From NCBI GenBank assembly GCA_036679605.1, contig JAZDCZ010000102.1, forward strand, positions 18,152 through 82,151: 64,000 bases of DNA, read 5' to 3'. The position numbers and the translations under genes were made by a program. A model generated the notes under the pieces. It was not told the DNA's origin and did no database searches. It saw only the letters and a program-made list of their open reading frames with translations. The DNA comes from Gemmatimonadota bacterium (GTDB lineage Bacteria > Gemmatimonadota > Gemmatimonadetes > Gemmatimonadales > GWC2-71-9). Below are positions 30,845-40,419 of the stretch, one piece after another (the stretch's first letter is position 1; each line of letters opens with the position of its first letter).

Positions 30845-32293
30845 CTACCAGCGGGAGATTACGACTTTCTTGTCGGTATAAAATTCAATTGCGTCACTGC
30901 CGTTCGCTTTGAGATCTCCAAAGAAAGACCCTTTTGTGCCACCAAACGGAAAGAACGCCATTGGGGCTGCAACGCCAATGTTTACTCCGATCATGCTCAC
31001 TCCCACCCGATAGCGAAATTCGCGTGCATTCTTGCCACTAGTGGTGAAAATCGACGTCGCGTTGGCGTAGCCGGAGCGCTGCACCGTTTCGATAGCTTCA
31101 TCGAGGTCCCCGACCCGCGTAATCGATGCGACGGGCCCGAAGATCTCCTCTTTACCTACGGTCATGCTAGGATCGACATTATCGAACACCGTGGGGCCAA
31201 CAAATTGACCTTGGGGATATTCCTTTACCGTGGCATCGCGTCCGTCGAGAAGTAACTTCGCACCATCTTTCTCTCCAGAGTCTACAAATGAAATTACGCG
31301 CTCCTTGTGGCGTTGCGATACGACCGGGCCCATAGTAGCGCTCGAATCGAGTCCATACCCTAGGGTGTTGCTCCTCGCTGCCTGAAGTAACAAGTCGCGG
31401 ACGGGCTCATACGCCTTCCCCGGCACGACCACAACGCTGCCGGCGAGACAACGCTGCCCTGCACAACCGAAGGCTGACTCGGCCACATTGGGAATGGCAA
31501 GATCCATGTCAGCGTCGGGCATGACAACGATGTGGTTCTTTGCACCGCCCAGTGCCTGGACCCTCTTACCGTGCCGAGCTGCCTCCTGGTAGATGTGCTT
31601 CGCGACTGGAGACGACCCTACAAATGAAATGCCGGCAATGTCAGGATGCTCCAGAAGTGCATTCACGACTACTCGGTCACCATGAACCATGTTCAACACA
31701 CCCGGCGGGATCCCAGCTTCGTGAGCCAGCTCAAAGATGCGTGCCTGTGTTAAGGGTACTTGCTCACTTGCCTTGAGTATGAATGTGTTCCCGGTTGCGA
31801 TTGCATACGGCCAAAACCAAAGCGGCACCATCGCCGGGAAGTTGAACGGAGTTACCGCCGCAAAAACGCCGAGTGGCTGACGCACGTATTCACAGTCGAT
31901 TCCCGCCGCGATGTCCTCGAGCATCCGTCCCATCATGAGAGTCGGGATGCCACACGCGTGCTCAACGTTCTCTATGCCGCGACGAACCGACCCGCGTGAT
32001 TCCGCCAAAATCTTGCCGTTTTCACGGGTCACGATTTCGGCGATTTCTTCAAAGTGTGTTTCGAGCAGATCTCTTAGTCGGAAGAGGTAGCGGACTCTGG
32101 CCACAGGTGGCACCTGACGCCATGTCTTGAAGGCATCCTTGGCGGCGCTCACGGCATGCTCGACGTCTTTCACGGTAGATAAGGGAACGTGGCCGAGCAC
32201 TTCACCGGTGCCTGGATTCATGATTTCGAGGGAATCCGAACCGCTAGATTGGATCCATTCCCCGCCGACATAATTGCGGAGCGCAGTTTCCAT
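30845..32293 (-). CDS. mmsA: CoA-acylating (methyl)malonate-semialdehyde dehydrogenase
   Basis: TPFNFPAM, FVGSS, GGAKNH, AGQRCLA and EEIFGPV motifs. Confidence 0.93.
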   Translation of the reverse strand: METALRNYVGGEWIQSSGSDSLEIMNPGTGEVLGHVPLSTVKDVEHAVSAAKDAFKTWRQVPPVARVRYLFRLRDLLETHFEEIAEIVTRENGKILAESRGSVRRGIENVEHACGIPTLMMGRMLEDIAAGIDCEYVRQPLGVFAAVTPFNFPAMVPLWFWPYAIATGNTFILKASEQVPLTQARIFELAHEAGIPPGVLNMVHGDRVVVNALLEHPDIAGISFVGSSPVAKHIYQEAARHGKRVQALGGAKNHIVVMPDADMDLAIPNVAESAFGCAGQRCLAGSVVVVPGKAYEPVRDLLLQAARSNTLGYGLDSSATMGPVVSQRHKERVISFVDSGEKDGAKLLLDGRDATVKEYPQGQFVGPTVFDNVDPSMTVGKEEIFGPVASITRVGDLDEAIETVQRSGYANATSIFTTSGKNAREFRYRVGVSMIGVNIGVAAPMAFFPFGGTKGSFFGDLKANGSDAIEFYTDKKVVISRW

Positions 32294-32312
32294 AAATGAC
32301 CATCCTAAAGAG

Positions 32313-32381
32313 AGAAACCGGCCCCGAGCTGCAAGCCGGGCCGGTTTCTTAAAAAACTATTACCAGACAAGGGCTTGTCAA
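32313..32381 (-). promoter_or_regulatory. Promoter, operator-like palindrome and leader hairpin upstream of mmsA
   Basis: Minus strand TTGACA(32381-76)-16 bp-TAGTTT; palindrome GACAAG-GG-CTTGTC at 32366-79; 12-bp stem 32313-24/32338-49. Confidence 0.55.
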
Positions 32382-32409
32382 CCGCCCCCCTCATGTCTCA
32401 ATTTGATCG

Positions 32410-34527
32410 ATGCCAAAGACCCCGAGCGCTGAAACGACGGTTGGGCGTTCAGTGCCCCGCCGTGACGGCGCAGACAAGGTGACTGGGCGCGCCCTCTACG
32501 TAGATGATCTGGTATTTGCCGATGCATGGTACGGCAAGACGATCAGGTCCTCTGTGGCACGCGGGAAGATCAAACTGATTCAACAAGACCCTGCCTTCGA
32601 TTGGTCCGGCGTAGTGGTCGTAACCGCAGCCGATATCCCCGGCGACAACGTCGTCCAACTCATCGAGGACGACCAGCCCGTTCTTGCGGAATCAGACGTT
32701 AATCACAGAGAGGAACCCATCATTCTCCTCGCCGCCTCGACGCGGGAAGGGGTGGACCGCGCTGCGTCACATCTGCACATCGAGTACGAACAATTGGATC
32801 CGGTGCTCGAACTCTCGGCATCCAACAAGATCTACAAGGAAATAAACATCACCAAAGGCGATGTAGCAGCCGCGATCGACTCGGCCGACATAGTCGTCGA
32901 AAAGAGCTTCGCCGTAGGCCTTCAGGAACAGCTCTATATCGAGCCACAGGGCGCCATCGCGCTACCCAACGAGAATGGCGGCATCACGGTGTACGGGTCA
33001 CTACAGTGCCCGTTCTATGTCCACCGGGCGCTGAAACGCGCTCTTGCCCTAGATGATCGCCAGACCGTGGTGATCCAGGCTGAGACAGGAGGAGGGTTTG
33101 GAGGCAAGGAGGAATATCCATCCCTAGTTGCAATTCACGCCGCCCTCCTGGCTCGCAAGGCCAATCGCCCCGTCCGGCTGATCTACGACCGCCATGAAGA
33201 TCTGGCGGCTACCACCAAGCGACACCCCGGGACAATTCGACACCGTACCGGAGTAATGCACGATGGAACGCTGGTGGCACAGGATATTGATATTGTTCTG
33301 GACGGTGGGGCATACTGTACGCTCACTCCGGTAGTGCTTTCCCGTGCGGCAATTCATGCCGCGGGCCCCTACTCCTGTCCGAATGTCACGATTCGCGCAA
33401 AGGCGATCGCAACTAACACTCCTCCTAACGGCGCATTTCGAGGTTTCGGAGCGCCGCAGTCGCAATTCGGGTCGGAGCTGATGGTGGAGCATGTGGCCGA
33501 GCGTTTGGAAATGAGCAGCGTTGACCTGAGGCGCAAGTGGATGCTAAGGGTCGGCGACACTACAGCAACGAGCCAGCGTCTTACGGAGAGCGTCAGTAGC
33601 GAGCTAGTCCTCGATGCCGCCTTGAATGCCACTTCACAGCCCAAGAAGCAATCGGAATCATCGGTATTGCACGGGCGCGGACTGGCCCTCGTATTTCATG
33701 GTTCCGGCTTTACCGGGAGCGGCGAGAAACACTTGTCGGGAAAGGTCGCAATTGAGGCGACTGCCGACGGCAAGTACGAGATCCTCACTGCGTCTACCGA
33801 AATCGGCCAGGGTACACGCACCATTCTTTGCCAAATAGCTGCCGATGCACTCTGCGCGCCTATTGACGACGTAACCGTTACCCAGCAGGACACGTCCCTC
33901 GTTCCCGATAGCGGACCAACGGTTGCGTCCAGAACTGCGATGATCGTTGGCGGAATCGTCAGAGAAGCGGCGGAGGAACTAAAATCCCGACTCAAGACCG
34001 AGGCTCGGCCGATACGCGTGTACAAGACCTACGTTCAACCGGAGTCGGTCCGTTGGGATGAGGATACGTATCGAGGCGACGCCTATACAGTTTATGGATG
34101 GGGGTGTGTGGTTATTGATGTCGACGTAGACATCGACACGGGTGAGGTCAGCGTTACAGACATGATTGCTGCTGTCGACGTAGGAAAGGCGATTCATCCG
34201 GTCATGGTAGAAGGACAGATAGAAGGAGGCGCGCTTCAGGCAACTGGGTACGCGACGATCGAAGAGATCAAGACCCGCGACGGCGGCTATCTGAACGACC
34301 GACTGGCAACCTATATCATACCGACGTCGCTCGATGCACCGCGCACAAGAGTCGTGCTCATAGAAAACCCATATTCCAATGGGCCATTCGGAGCCAAAGG
34401 TATCGGCGAACTTCCCACCGACGCCCCTGCGCCCGCAATTATCTCCGCCATCCATGACGCGACGGGTAGGTGGCTCGACGAAATCCCGGCTACACCAGAG
34501 AAGGTCCTCGAGGCACTGACAAGATGA
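32410..34527 (+). CDS. Xanthine dehydrogenase family molybdopterin-binding subunit
   Basis: GGGFGGK, AFRGFGAPQ, EGQIEGG and GAKGIGE motifs. Confidence 0.93.
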   Translation: MPKTPSAETTVGRSVPRRDGADKVTGRALYVDDLVFADAWYGKTIRSSVARGKIKLIQQDPAFDWSGVVVVTAADIPGDNVVQLIEDDQPVLAESDVNHREEPIILLAASTREGVDRAASHLHIEYEQLDPVLELSASNKIYKEINITKGDVAAAIDSADIVVEKSFAVGLQEQLYIEPQGAIALPNENGGITVYGSLQCPFYVHRALKRALALDDRQTVVIQAETGGGFGGKEEYPSLVAIHAALLARKANRPVRLIYDRHEDLAATTKRHPGTIRHRTGVMHDGTLVAQDIDIVLDGGAYCTLTPVVLSRAAIHAAGPYSCPNVTIRAKAIATNTPPNGAFRGFGAPQSQFGSELMVEHVAERLEMSSVDLRRKWMLRVGDTTATSQRLTESVSSELVLDAALNATSQPKKQSESSVLHGRGLALVFHGSGFTGSGEKHLSGKVAIEATADGKYEILTASTEIGQGTRTILCQIAADALCAPIDDVTVTQQDTSLVPDSGPTVASRTAMIVGGIVREAAEELKSRLKTEARPIRVYKTYVQPESVRWDEDTYRGDAYTVYGWGCVVIDVDVDIDTGEVSVTDMIAAVDVGKAIHPVMVEGQIEGGALQATGYATIEEIKTRDGGYLNDRLATYIIPTSLDAPRTRVVLIENPYSNGPFGAKGIGELPTDAPAPAIISAIHDATGRWLDEIPATPEKVLEALTR

Positions 34528-34982
34528 CCTCCTTTACTCTTAACGGGACGGAGGTGTCACCAAACGTCTCTGGCTCTCTCCGGCTGCTAGACGTCTTACG
34601 TGAAGAACTCGGATTGACCGGCACCAAGGAAGGATGTGGGGAGGGAGAGTGTGGCGCCTGCTCGGTTCTCGTAGATGGAGAGGTGGTAGACAGTTGTCTG
34701 GTAGCCGTAGGCCAAGTTGACGGCTGCGAGGTTCTCACTGTTGAGGGACTATCGTCGAACAACGAACTGTCCCACCTACAGCAGGCCTTCATCGAGCAAG
34801 GTGCGGCCCAGTGCGGCATCTGCACGCCTGGCATGCTCATGACGGCGCACAGCCTGCTGCAGGCTAACCCTACATTGTCCTTTGAAGAGGTCCGCACCGC
34901 CATCGCCGGGAACCTCTGCAGATGCACTGGCTACACGAAGGTTATCGAGGCGATTCTGTCGTGCCAAACCCAACGTTCCTAA
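34524..34982 (+). CDS. Xanthine dehydrogenase family 2Fe-2S subunit
   Basis: GCGEGECGAC, QCGICTPG and GNLCRCTGY motifs; ATGA overlap. Confidence 0.95.
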   Translation: MTSFTLNGTEVSPNVSGSLRLLDVLREELGLTGTKEGCGEGECGACSVLVDGEVVDSCLVAVGQVDGCEVLTVEGLSSNNELSHLQQAFIEQGAAQCGICTPGMLMTAHSLLQANPTLSFEEVRTAIAGNLCRCTGYTKVIEAILSCQTQRS

Positions 34983-35755
34983 GTCCTCGAAACCTCGCCG
35001 AGGCTGTGCAGCGGATGGAGGACACACCTGCTTGCCTACCCCTTGCCGGCGGCACAGATCTCATGGTGATGCTGCACGCACAAACGATTGCGCCAAAAGC
35101 CCTGCTCGATATCTGGTCCCTTCCTGAACTCAAAGGCATAAGAGAGTCGGACGGTGCACTCGAGATCGGAGCGGCAGAGAGCTATACGAGCATTATTCGG
35201 TCTAATCTGGTAAAGCAGCACCTACCCGCCCTTGTGGATGCTGCGAAGACTATCGGCGCTGTGCAAATACAGAATCGCGGCACACTTGGCGGAAATCTCG
35301 CTAACGCCTCTCCGGCGGGTGATACTCTCCCTGTTCTGCTCGCTGCCGACGCTGAGGTCATCACCAATCGCCGCGCCATCCCGATCGATGAGTTCTTTGT
35401 CGGATACCGCAAGACCGCGCTCCGCCCTGCGGAACTCATCACTGCGGTGCGATTTCCTCACAAGTGCCCGAACATGGTGTTCCGCAAGGTCGGCACACGT
35501 CAGGCGCAGGCGATCTCCAAGGTGGTCATGGCGGTGAATCTTGAGCCGTACCGCATAGCGATCGGATCTGTTGCCGAGATTCCCATCCGAGCGCTCAGCG
35601 CAGAACCCGCGCTCGCACAGAGAGACGTGGACGCAGCTGTGGCGGCGTTGGAAAAGGACATCCGGCCAATAGACGATGTACGATCGACAGCAAAGTACCG
35701 CATGCAGGTGGCCAAGAATGTCTTGCGACGGCTGTTGGAATCAAGCGATAGTTGA
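34961..35755 (+). CDS. Xanthine dehydrogenase family FAD-binding subunit
   Basis: AGGTDL, QIQNRGTLGGNLANASPAGD and PIDDVRST motifs. Confidence 0.93.
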   Translation: MPNPTFLSPRNLAEAVQRMEDTPACLPLAGGTDLMVMLHAQTIAPKALLDIWSLPELKGIRESDGALEIGAAESYTSIIRSNLVKQHLPALVDAAKTIGAVQIQNRGTLGGNLANASPAGDTLPVLLAADAEVITNRRAIPIDEFFVGYRKTALRPAELITAVRFPHKCPNMVFRKVGTRQAQAISKVVMAVNLEPYRIAIGSVAEIPIRALSAEPALAQRDVDAAVAALEKDIRPIDDVRSTAKYRMQVAKNVLRRLLESSDS

Positions 35756-35775
35756 CCTGGCCGCTGCGCTCAGCT

Positions 35776-36378
35776 TCAGCGCAATGCGTTGAACATCACT
35801 ATCATCAACCCAGTAAGCGGGATGACGGTACCCGCCCATGCTGCCAACACCGTTTTCGTCAAATCAGATTTGGTCTCTGCTATCTTAACCTCGAGTTGCG
35901 CAAGGCGGCGTTCCAGCGCATCGAACCGGCCATCGTGCTCTGCGAACCGACCTTCCCACTTCGAGTCAAGTTTTCCGAATCGATCATCCCACTTCGAGTC
36001 GAGTTCTGCGAACCGAGCCTCCCACTTCGAGTCGAGCTCTGCAAACCGACCTTCCCACTTTGAGTCGAATGCTGCGAACCGAGCCTCCACCTTCGACTCG
36101 AATGCTGCGAACCGAGTCTCCACCTTCGAATCGAGTTCGGCAAGCCTAACTTCCCAATTCGTGTCCAATTGATTCAACCGCCGATCTAGCTTCGCTGCAA
36201 ATTCGGCAAGCCGTTGTTCTAGCTTGGCGTCGAATCGCTCGAAGTTGAGTTCGTTGAACTGCTTTAGATCGGCGCGGTATGTAACATCCACCTGATTAAA
36301 CCACTCCACTATTTCGTTAGCGACACCTTCGCCCAGGCGCTCGAAAAACTCCCTGGAAAACTTGAATGCAACGGGCAT
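35776..36378 (-). CDS. Coiled-coil protein with 11-residue repeats and a C-terminal membrane anchor (DUF1640/CCDC90-like)
   Basis: RFAELDSKWEG-type hendecad repeats; C-terminal hydrophobic helix; GGAGG RBS. Confidence 0.7.
   Translation of the reverse strand: MPVAFKFSREFFERLGEGVANEIVEWFNQVDVTYRADLKQFNELNFERFDAKLEQRLAEFAAKLDRRLNQLDTNWEVRLAELDSKVETRFAAFESKVEARFAAFDSKWEGRFAELDSKWEARFAELDSKWDDRFGKLDSKWEGRFAEHDGRFDALERRLAQLEVKIAETKSDLTKTVLAAWAGTVIPLTGLMIVMFNALR
35930..36150. repeat. 33-bp coding tandem repeat, about 6 copies
   Basis: Imperfect units such as GCGAACCGAGCCTCCCACTTCGAGTCGAGCTCT. Confidence 0.8.
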
Positions 36379-36497
36379 TGACAGACCTCCCCTAGAATCT
36401 GCCAATACCATACAAGCTAGTGCCGAGCAGCCGAGTACCGCAACAGCGCAGGGCGGTACACGTTAATGCAGGACCCTCTTGTTCCGTTCCTCTTCTA

Positions 36498-37721
36498 TCA
36501 ACCGTACGCCAGTCGCCACAGCGCGCTCGCCAACACATTAGCCCCCAACGCCAGATCGTCCGTATCGGTGTTCTCTTCTGGGCAGTGTGACCTGCCCCCA
36601 ATACTCGGAACGAACAACATTCCTGCCGAACATACCTTGGCAAGAATCTGTGCGTCGTGACCAGCTCCGCTCACCATTAGAGACGCCTCAGATCCTCTAT
36701 CCTTCGCCGCATCGACGAGCGATGTAATAACATCACCGGCCATACCTACGGGAGGCCGCGAGTGAGTTTCCTCCACCTGTACGCTGATGTTTCTTGTTCC
36801 ACCAATACGATGTGCGGCTTTGGTGAGACGCTGAGCAAGTTGATCCAGAAGACCGGCGTCCGCATGCCGGAGATCTATCATGAACGATACCCTTCCAGGT
36901 ACGACATTCGCCTGAAATGGCTCAATGGTTAGCTGACCCACCGTCGCCACCGCCGGTGCGCCCATCTCCGACGCGATTGTCTCGACATCCTGTACCATCT
37001 GAGCGGCCACGACGAGAGCGTCCTCGCGCATCCCCATAGGTGTAGTACCCGCATGATCCGGCCGGCCCTTGACCGTCACCTTGAGATACTTGCCGCCCAC
37101 AATAGTGGTAACAACACCAATATGCTTTCCCGATGACTCCAAAACTCTGCCCTGCTCGATATGTAACTCTATGAATGCAGCAAGATCGTCACGCTGCGCC
37201 GATGCGATGTTCGCCGGATTTAGACCATGTTCTGCCATCGCTTGGGCCAGCGTGACGCCTTCAGAATCAGTAACCGTCTGAGGTTCCGCTGGGTCTATCG
37301 TGCCCACAATGGCGCGCGCACCCCAAAAATTCGTTGCGAACCGCGATCCCTCTTCCTCACAAGTCATCAGAACTTCGAGCGGTCGCTGCGGTGTACCGTG
37401 AGCTTGAACTAGCGCGCGCACGGCCAACAGACCGGCCACCACACCAAGAGCACCATCCAGACGACCGCCGTTCCGCACCGTATCGATATGCGATCCGGTA
37501 ACGACACACTTCCCTGTGCCACCCGATGTCCGGCCCCACAGATTGCCGACCGCATCACTCCGCACTTCCAATCCTGCATCAGTCATCCAACCAGAAACTC
37601 TTTTGCGTGCTTCGGCCCACTCGACGCCGTACAGCGGACGCCAACACCCTCCTTCCCGCTGCGCTCCAATAGCAGCGAGATCATCCAGGTAACTCACGAG
37701 TAGATCTTCGTTGATTTCCAT
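36498..37721 (-). CDS. Allantoate amidohydrolase / N-carbamoyl-amino-acid hydrolase (M20)
   Basis: GSHIDTV, DGALGV, EEEGSRF, ELHIEQG, HAGTTPM and SGAGHDA motifs; downstream of allB. Confidence 0.88.
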   Translation of the reverse strand: MEINEDLLVSYLDDLAAIGAQREGGCWRPLYGVEWAEARKRVSGWMTDAGLEVRSDAVGNLWGRTSGGTGKCVVTGSHIDTVRNGGRLDGALGVVAGLLAVRALVQAHGTPQRPLEVLMTCEEEGSRFATNFWGARAIVGTIDPAEPQTVTDSEGVTLAQAMAEHGLNPANIASAQRDDLAAFIELHIEQGRVLESSGKHIGVVTTIVGGKYLKVTVKGRPDHAGTTPMGMREDALVVAAQMVQDVETIASEMGAPAVATVGQLTIEPFQANVVPGRVSFMIDLRHADAGLLDQLAQRLTKAAHRIGGTRNISVQVEETHSRPPVGMAGDVITSLVDAAKDRGSEASLMVSGAGHDAQILAKVCSAGMLFVPSIGGRSHCPEENTDTDDLALGANVLASALWRLAYG

Positions 37722-37731
37722 TACGCGACCC

Positions 37732-39105
37732 CTACTGCTTCAATGCGGGACGAACAAAACGACCGTAACCCACATCGCCCACGACCGACCCGTGGCGGAA
37801 CACCGTACGACCCCGTACGATCGTACGCACTACGGCACCTCGGAAACGAGTGCCTATGTAAGGACTTATCCCGCTCCTTGTTTCCAACTGGCCCGACGAG
37901 AAGGTCCACTCCACTTCGGGATCGACCAGCGTGAAATCAGCATCGGCACCCACGCGAATAGCTCCCTTGCTCGGATAAAGCCCAAATATCTTGGCCGGAT
38001 TCGTACAGAGGAGATCCGCCAGCCGCTCCCAACCCAAGCCACGCTGGTGAATCCCTTCGGTAATCATTACAGGGAGTGTGGCCTGGATTCCGGAGACGCC
38101 GCCCCATGCCTGCCAAACGTCATCTTCCCCTCTGAGTTTTGCTTCTGCCGGACACGGTGAATGATCCGATCCGATTGAATCGATCGTGCCGGCCAAAACC
38201 GCACTCCACAGGCTTCGTCGGTTGGCCTCGTCCCGCAACGGAGGCGCGCATTTTAGGGCGGGCCCGATACGATCGAAATCGTCCTCAGTGAACGCCAGAT
38301 AATGCGGACAGGTCTCGGCGGTTACAGCTTGGTTGGCAGCCTTACCACCTTCGATTACAGCTAGTGCATCGCCGGAACTAACATGTACGACATGCAATCG
38401 TGCTCCGTTCCCCGCACGCCTTACATAATCTAGTGCCTCCGCGATTGCTTCCGCCTCTGCGCGACGCGGGCGTGACTCCCCCCATGCTCCCCTGTCCGTG
38501 CGGCCCCCAGCATGCATCTCTTTCGTAAGCGATGACGTGATATCGTTGTCCTCCGCGTGGACCCCGACCAACAGACCCAGTCGCGCTGCCTTGGCAATGC
38601 CGCTCGCCAGCAATTCACTTGGGACGTGCGCAAAGTCATCTATGCCGGATTCGCACATGAATGCCTTGAGAGCCACTATTCCTTGTTCCTTGAGTGCATC
38701 GAAATGACTGCTGTTGTCGTCTACAAACCCTCCCCACAAACCGTAGTCCACCAGCGCGCTCTTGCCAGCCGCATCGCGCTTCGCAGCAAAACTAGCCCGA
38801 GTAGTGGTCGGCGGTGAGGCATTCAGTGGCATCTCCAACACAGTCGTGACACCTCCCGCTGCTGCCCCTCTGGTTCCAGTTTCCCAACCCTCCCAATGGG
38901 TTCTGCCGGGCTCATTGAAGTGAACGTGGGCGTCAACCAGGCCCGGCAACACCACAAGGCCGGTCGCATCGAGTATCTCCGTGCCCGCGTCCGCCGTAAG
39001 GCTCTCCCCGATGGCCGAGATCATACCGTCCGTTACCGCCACGTCTTGCTTTAACGCTCCGGTTTCCAGCACCACATGGCCTCCCTGGAGCACCGTATCA
39101 AACAT
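37732..39105 (-). CDS. allB: Allantoinase
   Basis: DAHVHFNEPGRTHWEG, EMPLN, LKCAPPLR, SDHSPC and AWGG motifs. Confidence 0.93.
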   Translation of the reverse strand: MFDTVLQGGHVVLETGALKQDVAVTDGMISAIGESLTADAGTEILDATGLVVLPGLVDAHVHFNEPGRTHWEGWETGTRGAAAGGVTTVLEMPLNASPPTTTRASFAAKRDAAGKSALVDYGLWGGFVDDNSSHFDALKEQGIVALKAFMCESGIDDFAHVPSELLASGIAKAARLGLLVGVHAEDNDITSSLTKEMHAGGRTDRGAWGESRPRRAEAEAIAEALDYVRRAGNGARLHVVHVSSGDALAVIEGGKAANQAVTAETCPHYLAFTEDDFDRIGPALKCAPPLRDEANRRSLWSAVLAGTIDSIGSDHSPCPAEAKLRGEDDVWQAWGGVSGIQATLPVMITEGIHQRGLGWERLADLLCTNPAKIFGLYPSKGAIRVGADADFTLVDPEVEWTFSSGQLETRSGISPYIGTRFRGAVVRTIVRGRTVFRHGSVVGDVGYGRFVRPALKQ

Positions 39106-39132
39106 TGTTCCTCTATTCCACTATAGTGTTGG

Positions 39133-39552
39133 TCATTTTCCGCTCTCCAGGCGCTCGATTACGATGTCCTGGGCACCCTCCCACAGGACCATCCGGCCGA
39201 GTTCCGCAAGCTGCTTCCTGCCTTCTACAATCGTCGCGAAATGGTTGCCTGCCAGCTGCCCCATCTTGCTGGCGAAGAGAGTTCCACCATACGGAAAGAG
39301 GATCTCCGTCTCGCCATAGCCCCCTGGATACAGCAGAAGCTCGCCGGGCGCAGGATGGCTCGTATGATTCTCATGACCCACACCAACCTCTAGTTCGCCC
39401 AGGGGGATCCAGGCCGACTCGCCGCTCCACCGCGCCTGCACTATCTTACTTGTGAATGGCAGCAGCTTATCAAACGCAGCACAGGTAGTCGGTGCCGCCT
39501 CCGATTCCAGCTGCGCGGTAAACATCAACGACCCGACACGAATTGTCAGCAT
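39133..39552 (-). CDS. DUF3830-like cyclophilin-fold protein
   Basis: APTTC, RWSGESAWIP, ENHTSHPAPG and GQLAGNHF motifs. Confidence 0.75.
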   Translation of the reverse strand: MLTIRVGSLMFTAQLESEAAPTTCAAFDKLLPFTSKIVQARWSGESAWIPLGELEVGVGHENHTSHPAPGELLLYPGGYGETEILFPYGGTLFASKMGQLAGNHFATIVEGRKQLAELGRMVLWEGAQDIVIERLESGK

Positions 39553-39901
39553 GTCAAACGACCTTTCAGTTATATCGACTCATGTTCTCGACACCGCGCG
39601 GGGCAAGCCCGCAACCGGAGTTAACGTTACTCTCTGGAGGATGGATGGGAAGGACAAGACTCTGGAGTCGAGCAAGACAACCGACCACGACGGCCGGATC
39701 AACAATCTCCTGAAGGGTGACATTGCTCTGGGCTCCTATCGGATCGCCTTCGACGTACAACACTACCTTAGCCGCGATGATGGCCAAGCAAGTTTCATTA
39801 CAAACGTGGTTTTGAACTTCGATATTTCCGACGTTACCCGAAGTTACCATGTGCCACTCTTGATATCGCCATTCTCTTGCACCTCGTACAGAGGGAGCTG
39901 A
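39551..39901 (+). CDS. uraH: 5-hydroxyisourate hydrolase
   Basis: ISTHVLDTARGKPA, DGR, YHVPLLISPF and the C-terminal YRGS signature. Confidence 0.93.
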   Translation: MSNDLSVISTHVLDTARGKPATGVNVTLWRMDGKDKTLESSKTTDHDGRINNLLKGDIALGSYRIAFDVQHYLSRDDGQASFITNVVLNFDISDVTRSYHVPLLISPFSCTSYRGS

Positions 39902-39905
39902 ACCA

Positions 39906-40397
39906 GTGACCGCTCATAGAGGACAACGATCGGCGATCGAGCAGCTCTTCGAGGGCGATAACCCGCTCCTCCTCAAGCTGATTGAGGGCATGCCATACGA
40001 GTCGGACGCGCAACTGCTGGCCCGTGCGCGAGAGGTCGTAGAAGCTCTCTCAGAAGAGCAACGCATCCAACTCATCAATTTGCACCCTCGAATAGGTGAG
40101 AACTCAAAGAGACTGAAGTCGGAATACCCGACCTCATTCGAGGAGCAGGGTGCGGATCGAAACACCGCTGGAGATGGCGCCTCAGAGCAACTCGCATCGC
40201 TCAACGAGCAATATGAGATACAGTTCGGTTTTCGCTTCGTGGTCTTTGTGAACGGCCGGCCCCAGGCAAACCTGATTCCAATTCTCCAACGTAGAATGCA
40301 GCACTCGCATGACGAAGAACTCGAGACGGCGTTAGGTGAGATACTCGCCATTACCGCGGATAGACTTCGTAAACGCCCTCTGATCGGACAAACTTGA
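39906..40397 (+). CDS. uraD: OHCU decarboxylase
   Basis: HPRIG, SFEEQ and LNEQYEIQFGFRFVVFVNG motifs. Confidence 0.88.
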   Translation: MTAHRGQRSAIEQLFEGDNPLLLKLIEGMPYESDAQLLARAREVVEALSEEQRIQLINLHPRIGENSKRLKSEYPTSFEEQGADRNTAGDGASEQLASLNEQYEIQFGFRFVVFVNGRPQANLIPILQRRMQHSHDEELETALGEILAITADRLRKRPLIGQT

Positions 40398-40419
40398 TGA
40401 CTCAGACGAGGTATGAACG

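Noticed and set aside
35930..36150. CRISPR-like 33-bp periodicity
   Set aside because: The units are contiguous and coding, with no unique spacers and no cas genes
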